NCBI GenBank assembly: GCA_965215505.1
Contig: OZ244065.1
Location: forward strand, 3,936,001-4,000,000
Direction: 5' to 3'
From: Capsulimonadaceae bacterium
GTDB lineage: Bacteria; Armatimonadota; Armatimonadia; Armatimonadales; Capsulimonadaceae
Length of the DNA stretch: 64,000 nucleotides
The position numbers were made by a program, and so were the translations under genes. Within the stretch, counting starts at the first letter, position 1; every line of letters begins with the position of its first letter. Below are positions 46,800-56,165 of the stretch, piece after piece. The notes beneath the pieces were generated by a model that saw nothing but the letters and a program-made list of their open reading frames with translations, did not search any database and had not been told where the DNA came from.

Positions 46800-47966
46800 G
46801 TGGAAGACCAGCGACTACTTGCGCGATTTGTCGAGGAAGGTTCCCAGGCGGCGTTCGCCCGGCTGGTGGAGCGCCACCGGGACCTCGTCTACAGCACATG
46901 TCGGCGGGAACTCGGGGACAGTGGCCTGGCGGAAGACGCCGCCCAGATCGTTTTCCTCATCCTCGCTCGGAAGGCACGATCGCTCCGGCGTGAGGTCGTC
47001 CTGAGCGGGTGGCTGTTCCAGACGGCTAGGTTCACGGCGAAGGACCTGCTGAAGCGTGAGAACCGACGCAGGGTGCGCGACGAGAGGGTGGAGGCGGAGG
47101 CAATGAGTCTCGCGGGGCAGGAGCAGGAGGCGGGCTGGCGGGAGGTCTCCCCCTGGCTGCATGAAAGCCTGGCGCGACTCAGCGAGAAGGACCGCCTCGC
47201 CGTACTCCTGCGCTTCTTCGAGGACCAGAGTTTTGCCGAGGTCGCGCTGGCGCTGGGGCAGAAGGAAGACGCGGCCCGCCACCGCGTCAACCGTGCCCTG
47301 GAAAAGATGCGCCGGACGCTGTCCGCGCGTGGCGTGGTTCTCTCCGCCGCCGCGCTCGGCGGCCTGATCGCCGCCAATGCGGTCAAGCCACCGCCAGCCT
47401 CCGCCTCAGTGATGCCGACCTTCGTGCCGTCCGGCGCTTCCACTCCCGGCATCTCCCGCCTTCAGCATCTCACAAGAGGAGTCTCACAAGCCATGACACT
47501 GAAACAGAACCTCGCCGCCGGTGCGGCCGTCGTCTTCACATGCATCACGCTAGGGGCCGGCGCGGGGCTGGCGAAGAACACGCATCCTGTGGCGGTCCCG
47601 CCCTCGCCTCCCGCCCCGCCCGCACACGCAGCCCCTGAAAGCGAGAAGATTTTCGGCACCTGGACCAGTTACGTTCAGGGACATCCGAAGCAGACGCAGG
47701 TCCTCCGGTTCAACCGGGACGGCACCTTTCGGCAAGACCTGAACGCGGCGGGGACCGCCTTCTGCACCGGCCATTTCGTCGTCAAGAACGATCTACTGAC
47801 TATCACGGCCGAAACCGTGACGGTTAAAGGAAAATCTTCCCCGGTGCTGCCACAAGAGGTGGGAGCAACGGCGGGTAAACTCTCCTACCAAGGCAGCACC
47901 ATCCTCTGGGATACGTCCTCCGGAGGAACCCCATTCAAGAACGTCTTTGTGCGCCGGAAGGCGTAA
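46800..47966 (+). CDS. ECF sigma factor with membrane-spanning C-terminal extension
   Basis: GGAGG before GTG; AAFARLVERH..LVY, AEDAAQ.VF.IL.RKA, GWLFQTAR, LRFFE..S..EVA..LG; hydrophobic segments then a soluble tail. Confidence 0.9.
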   Translation: MEDQRLLARFVEEGSQAAFARLVERHRDLVYSTCRRELGDSGLAEDAAQIVFLILARKARSLRREVVLSGWLFQTARFTAKDLLKRENRRRVRDERVEAEAMSLAGQEQEAGWREVSPWLHESLARLSEKDRLAVLLRFFEDQSFAEVALALGQKEDAARHRVNRALEKMRRTLSARGVVLSAAALGGLIAANAVKPPPASASVMPTFVPSGASTPGISRLQHLTRGVSQAMTLKQNLAAGAAVVFTCITLGAGAGLAKNTHPVAVPPSPPAPPAHAAPESEKIFGTWTSYVQGHPKQTQVLRFNRDGTFRQDLNAAGTAFCTGHFVVKNDLLTITAETVTVKGKSSPVLPQEVGATAGKLSYQGSTILWDTSSGGTPFKNVFVRRKA

Positions 47967-48015
47967 ATATCTGCTGGAGGCGGAGTGGGAAAGGGTTTGG
48001 CAGGGGAGCAACATG

Positions 48016-48048
48016 GGGGAGGCCCGGCGCGTCTGCGCCGGGCCTCTC
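48016..48048. terminator. GC-rich hairpin, probable terminator
   Basis: gaggcccggcgc-gtct-gcgccgggcctc downstream of the ECF gene; weak U tract. Confidence 0.45.
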
Positions 48049-48112
48049 TGTCGTGTGGTCTTTCTGTTCCGTCGCCCGTGGTCAGATACTCTTGCATCAA
48101 CCCGGAGGATGC

Positions 48113-48141
48113 TTGACGGTTTCATATGAATGCCCTATAAT
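48113..48141 (+). promoter_or_regulatory. Sigma-70 promoter
   Basis: TTGACG-N17-TATAAT upstream of 48203. Confidence 0.7.
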
Positions 48142-48202
48142 AGAGGAGGACGGCCCAGGGAAGCGAGCGGGACGCCCATCAGCGAGACAGAGGAGAAAGT
48201 CC

Positions 48203-48784
48203 ATGAAGCGCCCGACGAAGCTGTTCCTTTTTGCGGCCGGTGTCCTGACGCTGCCGGCGCTCTCCGGGTGTGGGGGCGGCGGCTCCGGCACGTCGCCGAA
48301 TGTCCCGGTCACGCCGCTGATCCCCCTGCCGCATTCCGTGTCGGCGGCCCTGTCCGACGGCCTGACCGCGACGGTGGCGGAGGACCGGACGAGCGTTCCC
48401 GTGGGCGGCACGGTCACTTACACGATGACCCTGACCAACAACACGGCCCAGCCGATCACCTTCCAGCCGGTCCAGCCCGACACCTCCCCGGCGGGGGGCG
48501 TCGGGGACCATTTGACCGTCACTGATGTCAAGGCAAACGTCGCGTTCCCGCAGGGGGGGGCGCTGGAAGTCCTCGTCTACGGCAAGGTCACCACGCTGAC
48601 CCCCGGAAACTCCATCTCGGGCACGGTCGTGGTGGGCAGCGACAAATCGCAGGGGCAGCTCTCCGCCGCCGGGCCGTACACCGCCAACGTGAAGTTCACA
48701 GTCACGACGGCGCAGGTTTCCCCCCTGCAAAGCCCGCCGCTGGCGACGGTGACGGTGGGACCGCTGGAAGTGGACGCGCAGTAG
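48203..48784 (+). CDS. Lipoprotein with Ig-like (DUF11-like) domain
   Basis: RBS GAGGAG; lipobox LSGC; VGGTVTYTMTLTN. Confidence 0.8.
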   Translation: MKRPTKLFLFAAGVLTLPALSGCGGGGSGTSPNVPVTPLIPLPHSVSAALSDGLTATVAEDRTSVPVGGTVTYTMTLTNNTAQPITFQPVQPDTSPAGGVGDHLTVTDVKANVAFPQGGALEVLVYGKVTTLTPGNSISGTVVVGSDKSQGQLSAAGPYTANVKFTVTTAQVSPLQSPPLATVTVGPLEVDAQ

Positions 48785-48831
48785 AAAGGCACGGCAGCGG
48801 AGGGAGCGCGATGAGTCGCGCCCCCACATCG

Positions 48832-49482
48832 TCAGCCGTCCCCGCGCCCGGCGATCACCCGCCCCAGGGCCAGCGCCTGCACGGACGACGCGCCCGCGTC
48901 CAGCAGCAGCTCGCGGCAGGCGACCAGGGAGGCCCCGCTCTTGGCGATGTCGTCCAGCAGCAGGACCTGCCGACCCTGGATCAAGTGGGCCTCCTCTACC
49001 ACGACGGTCGCGTGGTGCAGGGCGCGCGTGCTGGGGCCGCCGAAGATGATGCGCCGGATGGTCGTGTGGCGCACCAGGCAGGCCGTGGCGTCCACGCGCC
49101 CATGGGCAGCCAAGCGCTGGGCGAGGGTGCGCGTCGGCCAGAAGGCTTGATAGGCGCGGTGGGGCGGCACGGCGGCGAGGGCGATGCCCGGCTCCAAGAG
49201 GGGGTCGAGCTGCTCGAACAGGCGCTTCAAGGGCCACTGACGGCCCGCGTTCAGGGCCGTGAGGAGCCGCGTCCAGTCGGCGTTCCGCGCCACGGCCTGT
49301 GGGTCTGCATCCCCGGCGTCATAGGCGGCTGCGCCCTCGCGGACGACGCGGAGGGCGTCTTTGGCTGCCCGGCCTTGCCCCTGCGGGTAGACGTGGCCCA
49401 GGGTCACGATGCGCGCGGGCCGGTTGAAACGGTCCGCGTCGGGGACAAAGATGTTCGGGGGAGTGTCGGGTTCGTCTGGCAC
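48832..49482 (-). CDS. Phosphoribosyltransferase-fold protein (ComF-like)
   Basis: PRPP-binding loop VLLLDDIAKSGASL; AVP motif; start uncertain. Confidence 0.8.
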   Translation of the reverse strand: MPDEPDTPPNIFVPDADRFNRPARIVTLGHVYPQGQGRAAKDALRVVREGAAAYDAGDADPQAVARNADWTRLLTALNAGRQWPLKRLFEQLDPLLEPGIALAAVPPHRAYQAFWPTRTLAQRLAAHGRVDATACLVRHTTIRRIIFGGPSTRALHHATVVVEEAHLIQGRQVLLLDDIAKSGASLVACRELLLDAGASSVQALALGRVIAGRGDG

Positions 49483-49552
49483 GATGTGTTCTCGGCGGCG
49501 AAAAATTAAGCGCTTCGGGGCTGATTTGCCGCCCCGCAAGCTCCCGAACGTC

Positions 49553-49581
49553 TTGACAATGCCGGAACGAGCGGGTAGAAT
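49553..49581 (+). promoter_or_regulatory. Sigma-70 promoter of tRNA-Leu
   Basis: TTGACA-N17-TAGAAT. Confidence 0.8.
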
Positions 49582-49617
49582 AGCACTCGTTCCGGCGGAA
49601 ACGCGCGGGACGCCCGT

Positions 49618-49700
49618 GCCGAAGTGGTGAAATGGTATACACGCTGTGTTCAGGTCGCAGTGCTCGCAAGGGCGTGCGAGTTCGAGTCTCGCCTTCGGCA
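49618..49700 (+). tRNA. tRNA-Leu (anticodon CAG)
   Basis: Acceptor GCCGAAG/CTTCGGC + A; anticodon arm CTGTG-TTCAGGT-CGCAG; long variable arm; T loop GTTCGAG; CCA not encoded. Confidence 0.95.
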
Positions 49701-49755
49701 GTCCTTCACCTGATTGATGATGTAGATTGAAACCAGAGCAGTTTCAGGACGCTTG

Positions 49756-49796
49756 AAAGCGCCGACGGTCCAAGGTGGATCGTCGGCGCTTTTTTC
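49756..49796. terminator. Rho-independent terminator, possibly bidirectional
   Basis: aaagcgccgacggtcca...tggatcgtcggcgc followed by a T tract. Confidence 0.8.
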
Positions 49797-49809
49797 TCGG
49801 CTTGCGTCC

Positions 49810-51642
49810 TCACCAGGCCAGCGGCGGCGCGATGCGGTCCTGCTCGACGACCACCGTCGTCCCCGTAGGCCCAGTCAGGAGGAACGTGCGGTCCGCCGTC
49901 TGGAGCATCATTTTCATCCCATGTCCCATCGTCCCCGCCGTCGTGAACCCCTTCCGCAGCGTCGCGTGCGGCAGGTTCTCCAGCGAGATGCCCGGCCCGT
50001 GGTCGCCAACCCGCGCCTGCACCGTCCCGCCCTCCGTGTCCACCGTCACCTCCGCGACGCCCTCGCCCACATGCACCACGCAGTTCATGCCCGCCTCACT
50101 CACCGCCGTAACCATGTCGTGTTCGCGCTCCTCCGCCAGCCCCGCCGCCCGGCAGGCCGCCCCCGCCGCCCGGCGCAGCTCGCGCAGGCCGCCCTCCATC
50201 GAGAGCGTGATCGGGCCGGACCCGGTGCCCGGCAGCGGCGCGGGCAGCTCGTCCTCCGACTGGCACAGGATCAGGCGGCCCTCCGTCACCGACGCCAGAA
50301 CGTCCCGCAGGAACTGCCGCTGGCGTGCGGCGGACTGCCGCAGCGCGCGCTCGGCCCGCACCCGCTCCGTCACGTCGAAGGCCACCCCGATCAGGCCCGC
50401 AGGCCGCCCGTCCGCGCCCGCGAGCGGCAGGGCCTGCGTCTCGAAGAACAGCCCGCCGACCTCCGCCAGCCACCGGCCCGGCTCGCCGGCCAGGCCCCGC
50501 GCGACCCCCGTCAGCAGGGCGGGCACGTCCGCGTACACCTCCAGGTAGGACCGGCCCACCAACTCCCCAGGCATCAGGCCCAGCGCCTCCAGACCCTTGC
50601 CCGCCGACTGGGTGAAGACGCCGTCCGCGTCCAGGGCGAACAGGATCACGGGGACGCTCGTAATGAGCGCGTGCAGCCGCTGCTCGCTGGCGGTGAGGGC
50701 GGTGCGCGCCTCAGCCTCCGAGGCGGCGCTCAAGGCGGCCACGGCCAGGCTCACCATCATCTCCACCAGCGGCAGGACGGCGGCTGGGAAGGCGGCGGGG
50801 GAAGCGGAGTAGACCTTAAGGACGCCGACCGTGCGGCCCAGGAACGTCAGCGGCGCGACGACCATGGAGCGGACTCCGAGGCGGCGGCACGCGGCGCGGT
50901 CCACGCGCGGGTCGGTCTCGGCGTCCTCGCACGAGAGCAGGCGGCCCTCGGTGATGCACCGTCCGGACAGGCTCGTCTCACGCCCCAGGCGCAGGCCGAC
51001 GTGTCCGGCGGCGGTGCCGCTGACGGCGCGATAGACCACGTCGCCGCCCTCGACCATCTCGACCGCCGCGCCGCCCGCCCCCGTCAGAGTCTGGACGTGG
51101 CGGGCGACGACGCCCAGCACCGCGTCCATGTCCCGGCCGGCGCGGGCGACCTCCTGCTGGGCGGCGACCAGGGCCTCGTGCCGCTCGGCCCCCGCCCGGC
51201 GCTCCTCCGCGGAGCGCCTGCCCTCGGTGTCGTCGGCGACCAGGATGGCGAAGCCCTCGACCGCACCGCCCGGCCCGCGCTGGGGCGCGTAGGTGGCGCG
51301 CACCGCCCGCTTGGTGCCGTCGGGCCAGGTGAGTTCGCGCTCGTAGCTGACGGTCTCGCCCGCCAGCGCGGCGGCGATGTTGTCCGCGACCAGGGCGTGG
51401 AAGTCCTCCCCCAGCACCTCCCGGATCGTCCGGCCCGTCATCTGCTCGCGCGGGATGCCGATCCACTCCTCGTAGGCGCGGTTGTTGAAGCGGTAGCGCT
51501 CCTGGGCATCAACGTAGGCGATGAGGGCGGGCAGAGCGTCGGCGATGCCCCGCAGCCGCGCCAAGTCGCCGGGGTCGTCCGGCGGCGGGAGGCTCGGGGT
51601 GCCGCCAACGGGGGACGGGGGTATGGGGTCCAGGTCTGGCAC
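49810..51642 (-). CDS. PAS-GAF-PAS sensor with RsbW/RsbT-like HATPase output
   Basis: PAS (DALPALIAYVD), GAF (EDAETDPR...RSMVVAPL), PAS; SEAGMNCVVH, DHGPGI, TAGTMGHG; no HisKA seen. Confidence 0.85.
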   Translation of the reverse strand: MPDLDPIPPSPVGGTPSLPPPDDPGDLARLRGIADALPALIAYVDAQERYRFNNRAYEEWIGIPREQMTGRTIREVLGEDFHALVADNIAAALAGETVSYERELTWPDGTKRAVRATYAPQRGPGGAVEGFAILVADDTEGRRSAEERRAGAERHEALVAAQQEVARAGRDMDAVLGVVARHVQTLTGAGGAAVEMVEGGDVVYRAVSGTAAGHVGLRLGRETSLSGRCITEGRLLSCEDAETDPRVDRAACRRLGVRSMVVAPLTFLGRTVGVLKVYSASPAAFPAAVLPLVEMMVSLAVAALSAASEAEARTALTASEQRLHALITSVPVILFALDADGVFTQSAGKGLEALGLMPGELVGRSYLEVYADVPALLTGVARGLAGEPGRWLAEVGGLFFETQALPLAGADGRPAGLIGVAFDVTERVRAERALRQSAARQRQFLRDVLASVTEGRLILCQSEDELPAPLPGTGSGPITLSMEGGLRELRRAAGAACRAAGLAEEREHDMVTAVSEAGMNCVVHVGEGVAEVTVDTEGGTVQARVGDHGPGISLENLPHATLRKGFTTAGTMGHGMKMMLQTADRTFLLTGPTGTTVVVEQDRIAPPLAW

Positions 51643-51940
51643 GGTTCGCTACTCGCTTCCAGTCACTATTCTATTCCGGCAGGCATTACGCCGCCGCTAT
51701 TCTACCCAAATGCGAGCCGAATGTACGAAGATTACCGACTATCTCGGTCAGGATCAAGCGCCGCAAGCCCCTTCGGGATCACCGATGGCGATTCTCCCGT
51801 GACATTATGGTATATTCGTCTGGTGAGGTAGCTGAATATCCGGGGCCACGGCCGCAGAGTGACGGGAACGCCCCCCGCCCCCTCCAAAGGGAGGACTCCC
51901 CCTAACACTCCCGGTGTCGGTAGAGAAATGTTGGACCGCT

Positions 51941-54763
51941 ATGACCGCCCTCCCGCCCGATGGCGACCAGGAGCGGCTCGCCGCCCTGGACGAGTACCGC
52001 CTTCTGGACACTGATCCGGAAGATGCCTACGATGATATCGTGCGGCTCGCCGCCCAAATCTGCGGCGTCCCCATCGCCGCCGTCTCCCTGGTCGATGCCG
52101 AGCGCCAGTGGTTCAAGAGCGTCGTCGGCCTCCCCGTCACCGAAACGCCGCGCGACACCGCTTTCTGCGCTCATACCATCCTCCAGAGGGGTTTGCTCGT
52201 CGTCCCTGACACTCACATCGACCTGAGATTCGCCGACAACCCACTCGTCACGGGTGACGTCGGGATTCGCTTCTACGCGGGTGCCCCCCTGGTCACGGCG
52301 CGCGGGTACGTCCTCGGCTCCCTATGCGTCCTCGACAGGGTTCCGAGAAATCTCACGACGGAGCAGGAAGAGGCGCTCGCCGCACTCGCCCACCAGGTGG
52401 TGGAACTGATGGAAAAGGCGCGGCTGCTGGCGATCCAGCGGCGGTTCATTGCCGCTGTGGAGAACGCCGAGACGGTGATGCGTCTGAGCCACCGTCGTCT
52501 GGAGAATGTCCTGGAAAGCATGTCGGATGCCATCATCGTCCTAGACAATGATTGGCATTACACCTATGTGAATCCGAAAGCCGCCCAGACCTTCAGCCGC
52601 CGCCCGGAGGACATGATCGGCAGGCACATCTGGACTGAGTTTCCCGAGGGCATCGGACAGCCGCTCTACTACGCCTACTACAAAGCGGTCGCGGAACAGA
52701 CTCCGCTCCAGGTGGAGGAGTACTATCCCCCCTACGATCGCTGGTTTGAAAACCGTATCTACCCGAGTGCGGAGGGCCTCTCGGTCTTCTTCCAGGACGT
52801 GACGGAGCGCAAGAACTCCGAGCGGGAGCGACGCCGGGTGGAGGAGGCGCTGCGGGCCTCGCAGCGTTTCGCCCAGGCAACACTTGATGCCCTGTCGGCG
52901 GAGATCGCGATCCTGGACGGTGCGGGAACGATCCTCGCCGTCAACGAGGCGTGGCGGCGGTTCGCGCCGGAGGCGACCTCAGTCAATCGAGACGCCGCAG
53001 GCGAGAACTACCTCCACGTCTGCGACGCCGCGACGGGGGAGGCGGCGGAAGAGGCGCAGCGGGCGGCGGCCGGCATCCGCGCCGTGATCGCGGGCCGGCA
53101 AGACGTGTTCACGCTCGACTACCCGTGCCGCCTGCCCCGCGGGCTGCGGTGGTTCCACCTGCGCGCCACCCCCTTCCCCGGCGACGGCCCGGCGCGCGTG
53201 GTGGTCTCGCACGAGAACATCACCGAGCGCAGGGAGGCCGAGGAGGAGAAAGCGCGCCTGACTGAATACAACCGGCTGCTCCTCGAATCGACGGCCGAGG
53301 GCATCTATGGGATGGACATGTGGGGGCGCTGCACCTTCATCAACCGGGCGGCGGCGCTCCTCCTCGGGTACACGGCGGAGGAAGTCCAGGACCGGGACAT
53401 GCATGCCCTGATCCACCACAGCCATGCCGACGGTTCGCACTACCCAATCCAAGAGTGCCCGATCTACAAGACCTTCGGGCTAAACCTCTCGTGTCACGTC
53501 GAGACGGAAGTCCTCTGGCGGCAGGACGGGACGTGCTTCCCCGCCTCCTACTCTTCCCTCCCGATGAGCGACGCGGGCGGGGTCATCGGCGCGGTCGTCA
53601 CCTTCACCGACATCACCGAGCGCAGGCGCGTCGAGCGGGAGAAGGAGGCGTCGCTCGCCGAGGCGCGGGAGCAGGCGGACCGCGACCCGCTGACCGGCCT
53701 GCTCAACCACCGCGCCTTCTACAGCCGGCTGGACGCCGAGGCCGCCCGCGCCCGGCGCGAGGGCACCGCCCTCGCCGTCGTCATGCTGGACCTCGACGGG
53801 TTCAAGTTCTTCAACGACGTGTATGGCCACGCGACGGGCGATGAGGTCCTGCGCCTCGTCGCCGACCGCCTGCGGGCGGCCTGCCGCCCCTACGACACGC
53901 CGGCGCGCTTCGGCGGGGACGAGTTCGCCCTGCTCCTGCCCGCCGTCGGCCGCGCGGCCGGGGAGGAGATCGAGGCGCGGCTGCGCGCGGCCCTGCGCGG
54001 GATGTCCTGCCGCGCCGGTGAGGGCGCGGAGGCCGTCCCCGTCTCCGTGTCCCTGGGCGTGGCCCTGTTCCCCGACGGTGCGACGGACTCGCACGCGGTG
54101 CTGCGGCGGGCCGACGAGCGGCTGCACTGGGCGAAGACGGGCGGCACCGTCGAGGAGAACGCGCGGCGCGTCCGCGCCGACGCCGTGGACCGCGTCCAGG
54201 GCTTCTCGATGCTGGACGCCTTGGTGGCCGCCGTGGACAACAAGGACCGCTACACCCGCCGCCACTCCGAGGACGTCATGGAGTACAGCCTGATGATCGC
54301 CCGCGCGCTGGGGATGGGCGAGGCCCAGCAGCGGGCCGTGGCCGTGTCCGCCCTGCTGCACGACGTGGGCAAGATCGGCGTCCCCGACCACGTCCTCCGC
54401 AAGCCGGGCCGGCTCTCCGACGCCGAGTTCGAGGCGGTCAGGCAGCACCCGATGATGGGTGCGGTCATGGTGCAGGCGGTTCCGGGGCTGGAGGAGACTC
54501 TGGACGCGGTGCGCCACCACCACGAGAGGTGGGACGGCGCAGGCTACCCGTCCGGCCTGCGGGGCGAGGCGACGCCGCTGATCGCCCGCCTGATGGCCGT
54601 CGCCGACGCCTTCAGCGCGATGACCACGGACCGCCCGTACCGGCAGGGCATGGACCGGACCGTCGCGCTGGACATCCTGGCGGCGGGCGCGGGGACCCAG
54701 TGGGACCCCGCCTGCGTCGCCGCGTTCCTGAGCGCGCAGGGGCACGGCAAACGGGGGGATTGA
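51941..54763 (+). CDS. GAF-PAS3-GGDEF-HD-GYP c-di-GMP cyclase/phosphodiesterase
   Basis: GAF (RFYAGAPL); DPLTGLLN, RFGGDEF; YTRRHS, HDVGK, HHERWDGAGYP, VADAFSAM. Confidence 0.93.
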   Translation: MTALPPDGDQERLAALDEYRLLDTDPEDAYDDIVRLAAQICGVPIAAVSLVDAERQWFKSVVGLPVTETPRDTAFCAHTILQRGLLVVPDTHIDLRFADNPLVTGDVGIRFYAGAPLVTARGYVLGSLCVLDRVPRNLTTEQEEALAALAHQVVELMEKARLLAIQRRFIAAVENAETVMRLSHRRLENVLESMSDAIIVLDNDWHYTYVNPKAAQTFSRRPEDMIGRHIWTEFPEGIGQPLYYAYYKAVAEQTPLQVEEYYPPYDRWFENRIYPSAEGLSVFFQDVTERKNSERERRRVEEALRASQRFAQATLDALSAEIAILDGAGTILAVNEAWRRFAPEATSVNRDAAGENYLHVCDAATGEAAEEAQRAAAGIRAVIAGRQDVFTLDYPCRLPRGLRWFHLRATPFPGDGPARVVVSHENITERREAEEEKARLTEYNRLLLESTAEGIYGMDMWGRCTFINRAAALLLGYTAEEVQDRDMHALIHHSHADGSHYPIQECPIYKTFGLNLSCHVETEVLWRQDGTCFPASYSSLPMSDAGGVIGAVVTFTDITERRRVEREKEASLAEAREQADRDPLTGLLNHRAFYSRLDAEAARARREGTALAVVMLDLDGFKFFNDVYGHATGDEVLRLVADRLRAACRPYDTPARFGGDEFALLLPAVGRAAGEEIEARLRAALRGMSCRAGEGAEAVPVSVSLGVALFPDGATDSHAVLRRADERLHWAKTGGTVEENARRVRADAVDRVQGFSMLDALVAAVDNKDRYTRRHSEDVMEYSLMIARALGMGEAQQRAVAVSALLHDVGKIGVPDHVLRKPGRLSDAEFEAVRQHPMMGAVMVQAVPGLEETLDAVRHHHERWDGAGYPSGLRGEATPLIARLMAVADAFSAMTTDRPYRQGMDRTVALDILAAGAGTQWDPACVAAFLSAQGHGKRGD

Positions 54764-54806
54764 AGATGCAGCGCGCGGCCGGGGTCAAAGCCGGTGAGGT
54801 GTCAAG

Positions 54807-56024
54807 ATGCTCGAATCCGTTTTTCTTACGCGCCGGGCGCTCCTGCGCGCCTGCTTCATCGCCGGCGTGGCCGCCCTGAGTGGGAAGGCCCTGGGCGACG
54901 CCGCCGACCCATCGGCCCGCCGCCTCGCCGAGGCCGGGACGGACTTCGGACTCCGGCTGTTCCGGCGACTCGCTCCGGGCGAAGGCGGCAACGTGTTCTT
55001 CTCCCCCTTCAGCGTTTCCAGTGCCCTCCTGATGGTGCTGGCCGGGGCGGGCGGGAAGACCGAGCGTGTCCTGGCCTCGGCCCTCGCGCTGGGGGCGATG
55101 ACGCCGGGCCAGACCGACCGGGCCGCCGGGCTGCTCCTGTCCGCGCTCTCCCGCACCGACCCGAAGGTGCAGCTCTCGGTCGTCGGCGCGCTCTGGGCTG
55201 ACCGGCGCACCACGTTCGACGCCGACTTCGTGCGGCGCTGCCGGACCTTCTACGGTGCCCGCGCTTCCTCCCTCGACTTCGGCTCCCCCGCCGCTCCCGG
55301 CGTCATCAACGGCTGGGTGAGCAGGAACACGCACGGCAAGATCACGCAGCTCGTCTCCCACCCCGACATCGCGGCGGCGTCGGCAGTGCTGACGGACGCG
55401 GTCTACTTCCACGGCCAATAGCGGACGCCGTTCGACAAGGCCGCCACCCAGGACGCGCCGTTCGTGGTGGCGGGCGGGCGGCGGAAGACGGTGTCGCTGA
55501 TGCAGCAGGTGGACGCCCTGCCGTACCTGGAAACCTCGGAGTTCCAGGCCGTCGGCCTGCCCTACGGCGCGGGCCGCGTCCGCCTGTACGTCTTCCTGCC
55601 GAAGCGGGGCGCGGGCCTGAACTCTTTCCTGGACACGCTGGACGCCAAAACGTGGGACGGCTGGATGGCCGGGATGAGTCCGACGCGCCTGACACTGCTG
55701 CTGCCGCGCTTCAAGGCCGACTACCGGGCCAACTTGAATTCCGCCCCGATCGCCCTCGGCATGGGGGAGGCGTTCGGGGCGGGGGCCGACTTCCGCCCGA
55801 TGGGCCTGGGCCGTTCCCGCCTCGGCGCGGTGATCCACAAGGCGGTGCTGGCGGTGGACGAGGAGGGAACGGTCGCCGCCGCGACCGGGAGAATCATGCG
55901 GCCTATGGCCGTGCCCGCCGCCCCGCCGGTGGTGATGCGCGTGGACGGCCCGTTCTTCTGCGCGATCCGCGACGACCTGACGGGGACCCTGCTGTTCGCG
56001 GGCGCGATCCGGGACCCGCAGTAA
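54807..56024 (+). pseudogene. Serpin with Tat-like signal, interrupted by an in-frame TAG at 55419-55421
   Basis: NVFFSPFSVSSAL, INGWV..NT.GKI, AVYFHGQ*RTPF, LPRFK, IHKA...VDEEGT.AAA, VDGPFF; both ORF halves share one frame. Confidence 0.85.
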
Positions 56025-56165
56025 AGGGGATGGGGAAAGCGGGGGCCTGTAAAAAATCCCGTGTTTACCCATAATGGTAACAGGTAGGGGGAACCGCTTT
56101 TTACCAACAATGATAGCAGGCCCACCAAGCGGAACCGCTCCCGTGCCAAAGATAGGTTTGTCAGA

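Noticed and set aside
49618-49800. tRNA-Leu as an integration site for an island
   Set aside because: No integrase nearby and no duplicate of the tRNA 3' end seen in the window.
55419-55421. Genome-wide TAG recoding or pyrrolysine
   Set aside because: TAG is the normal stop of several complete genes in this window and no pyl genes are present.
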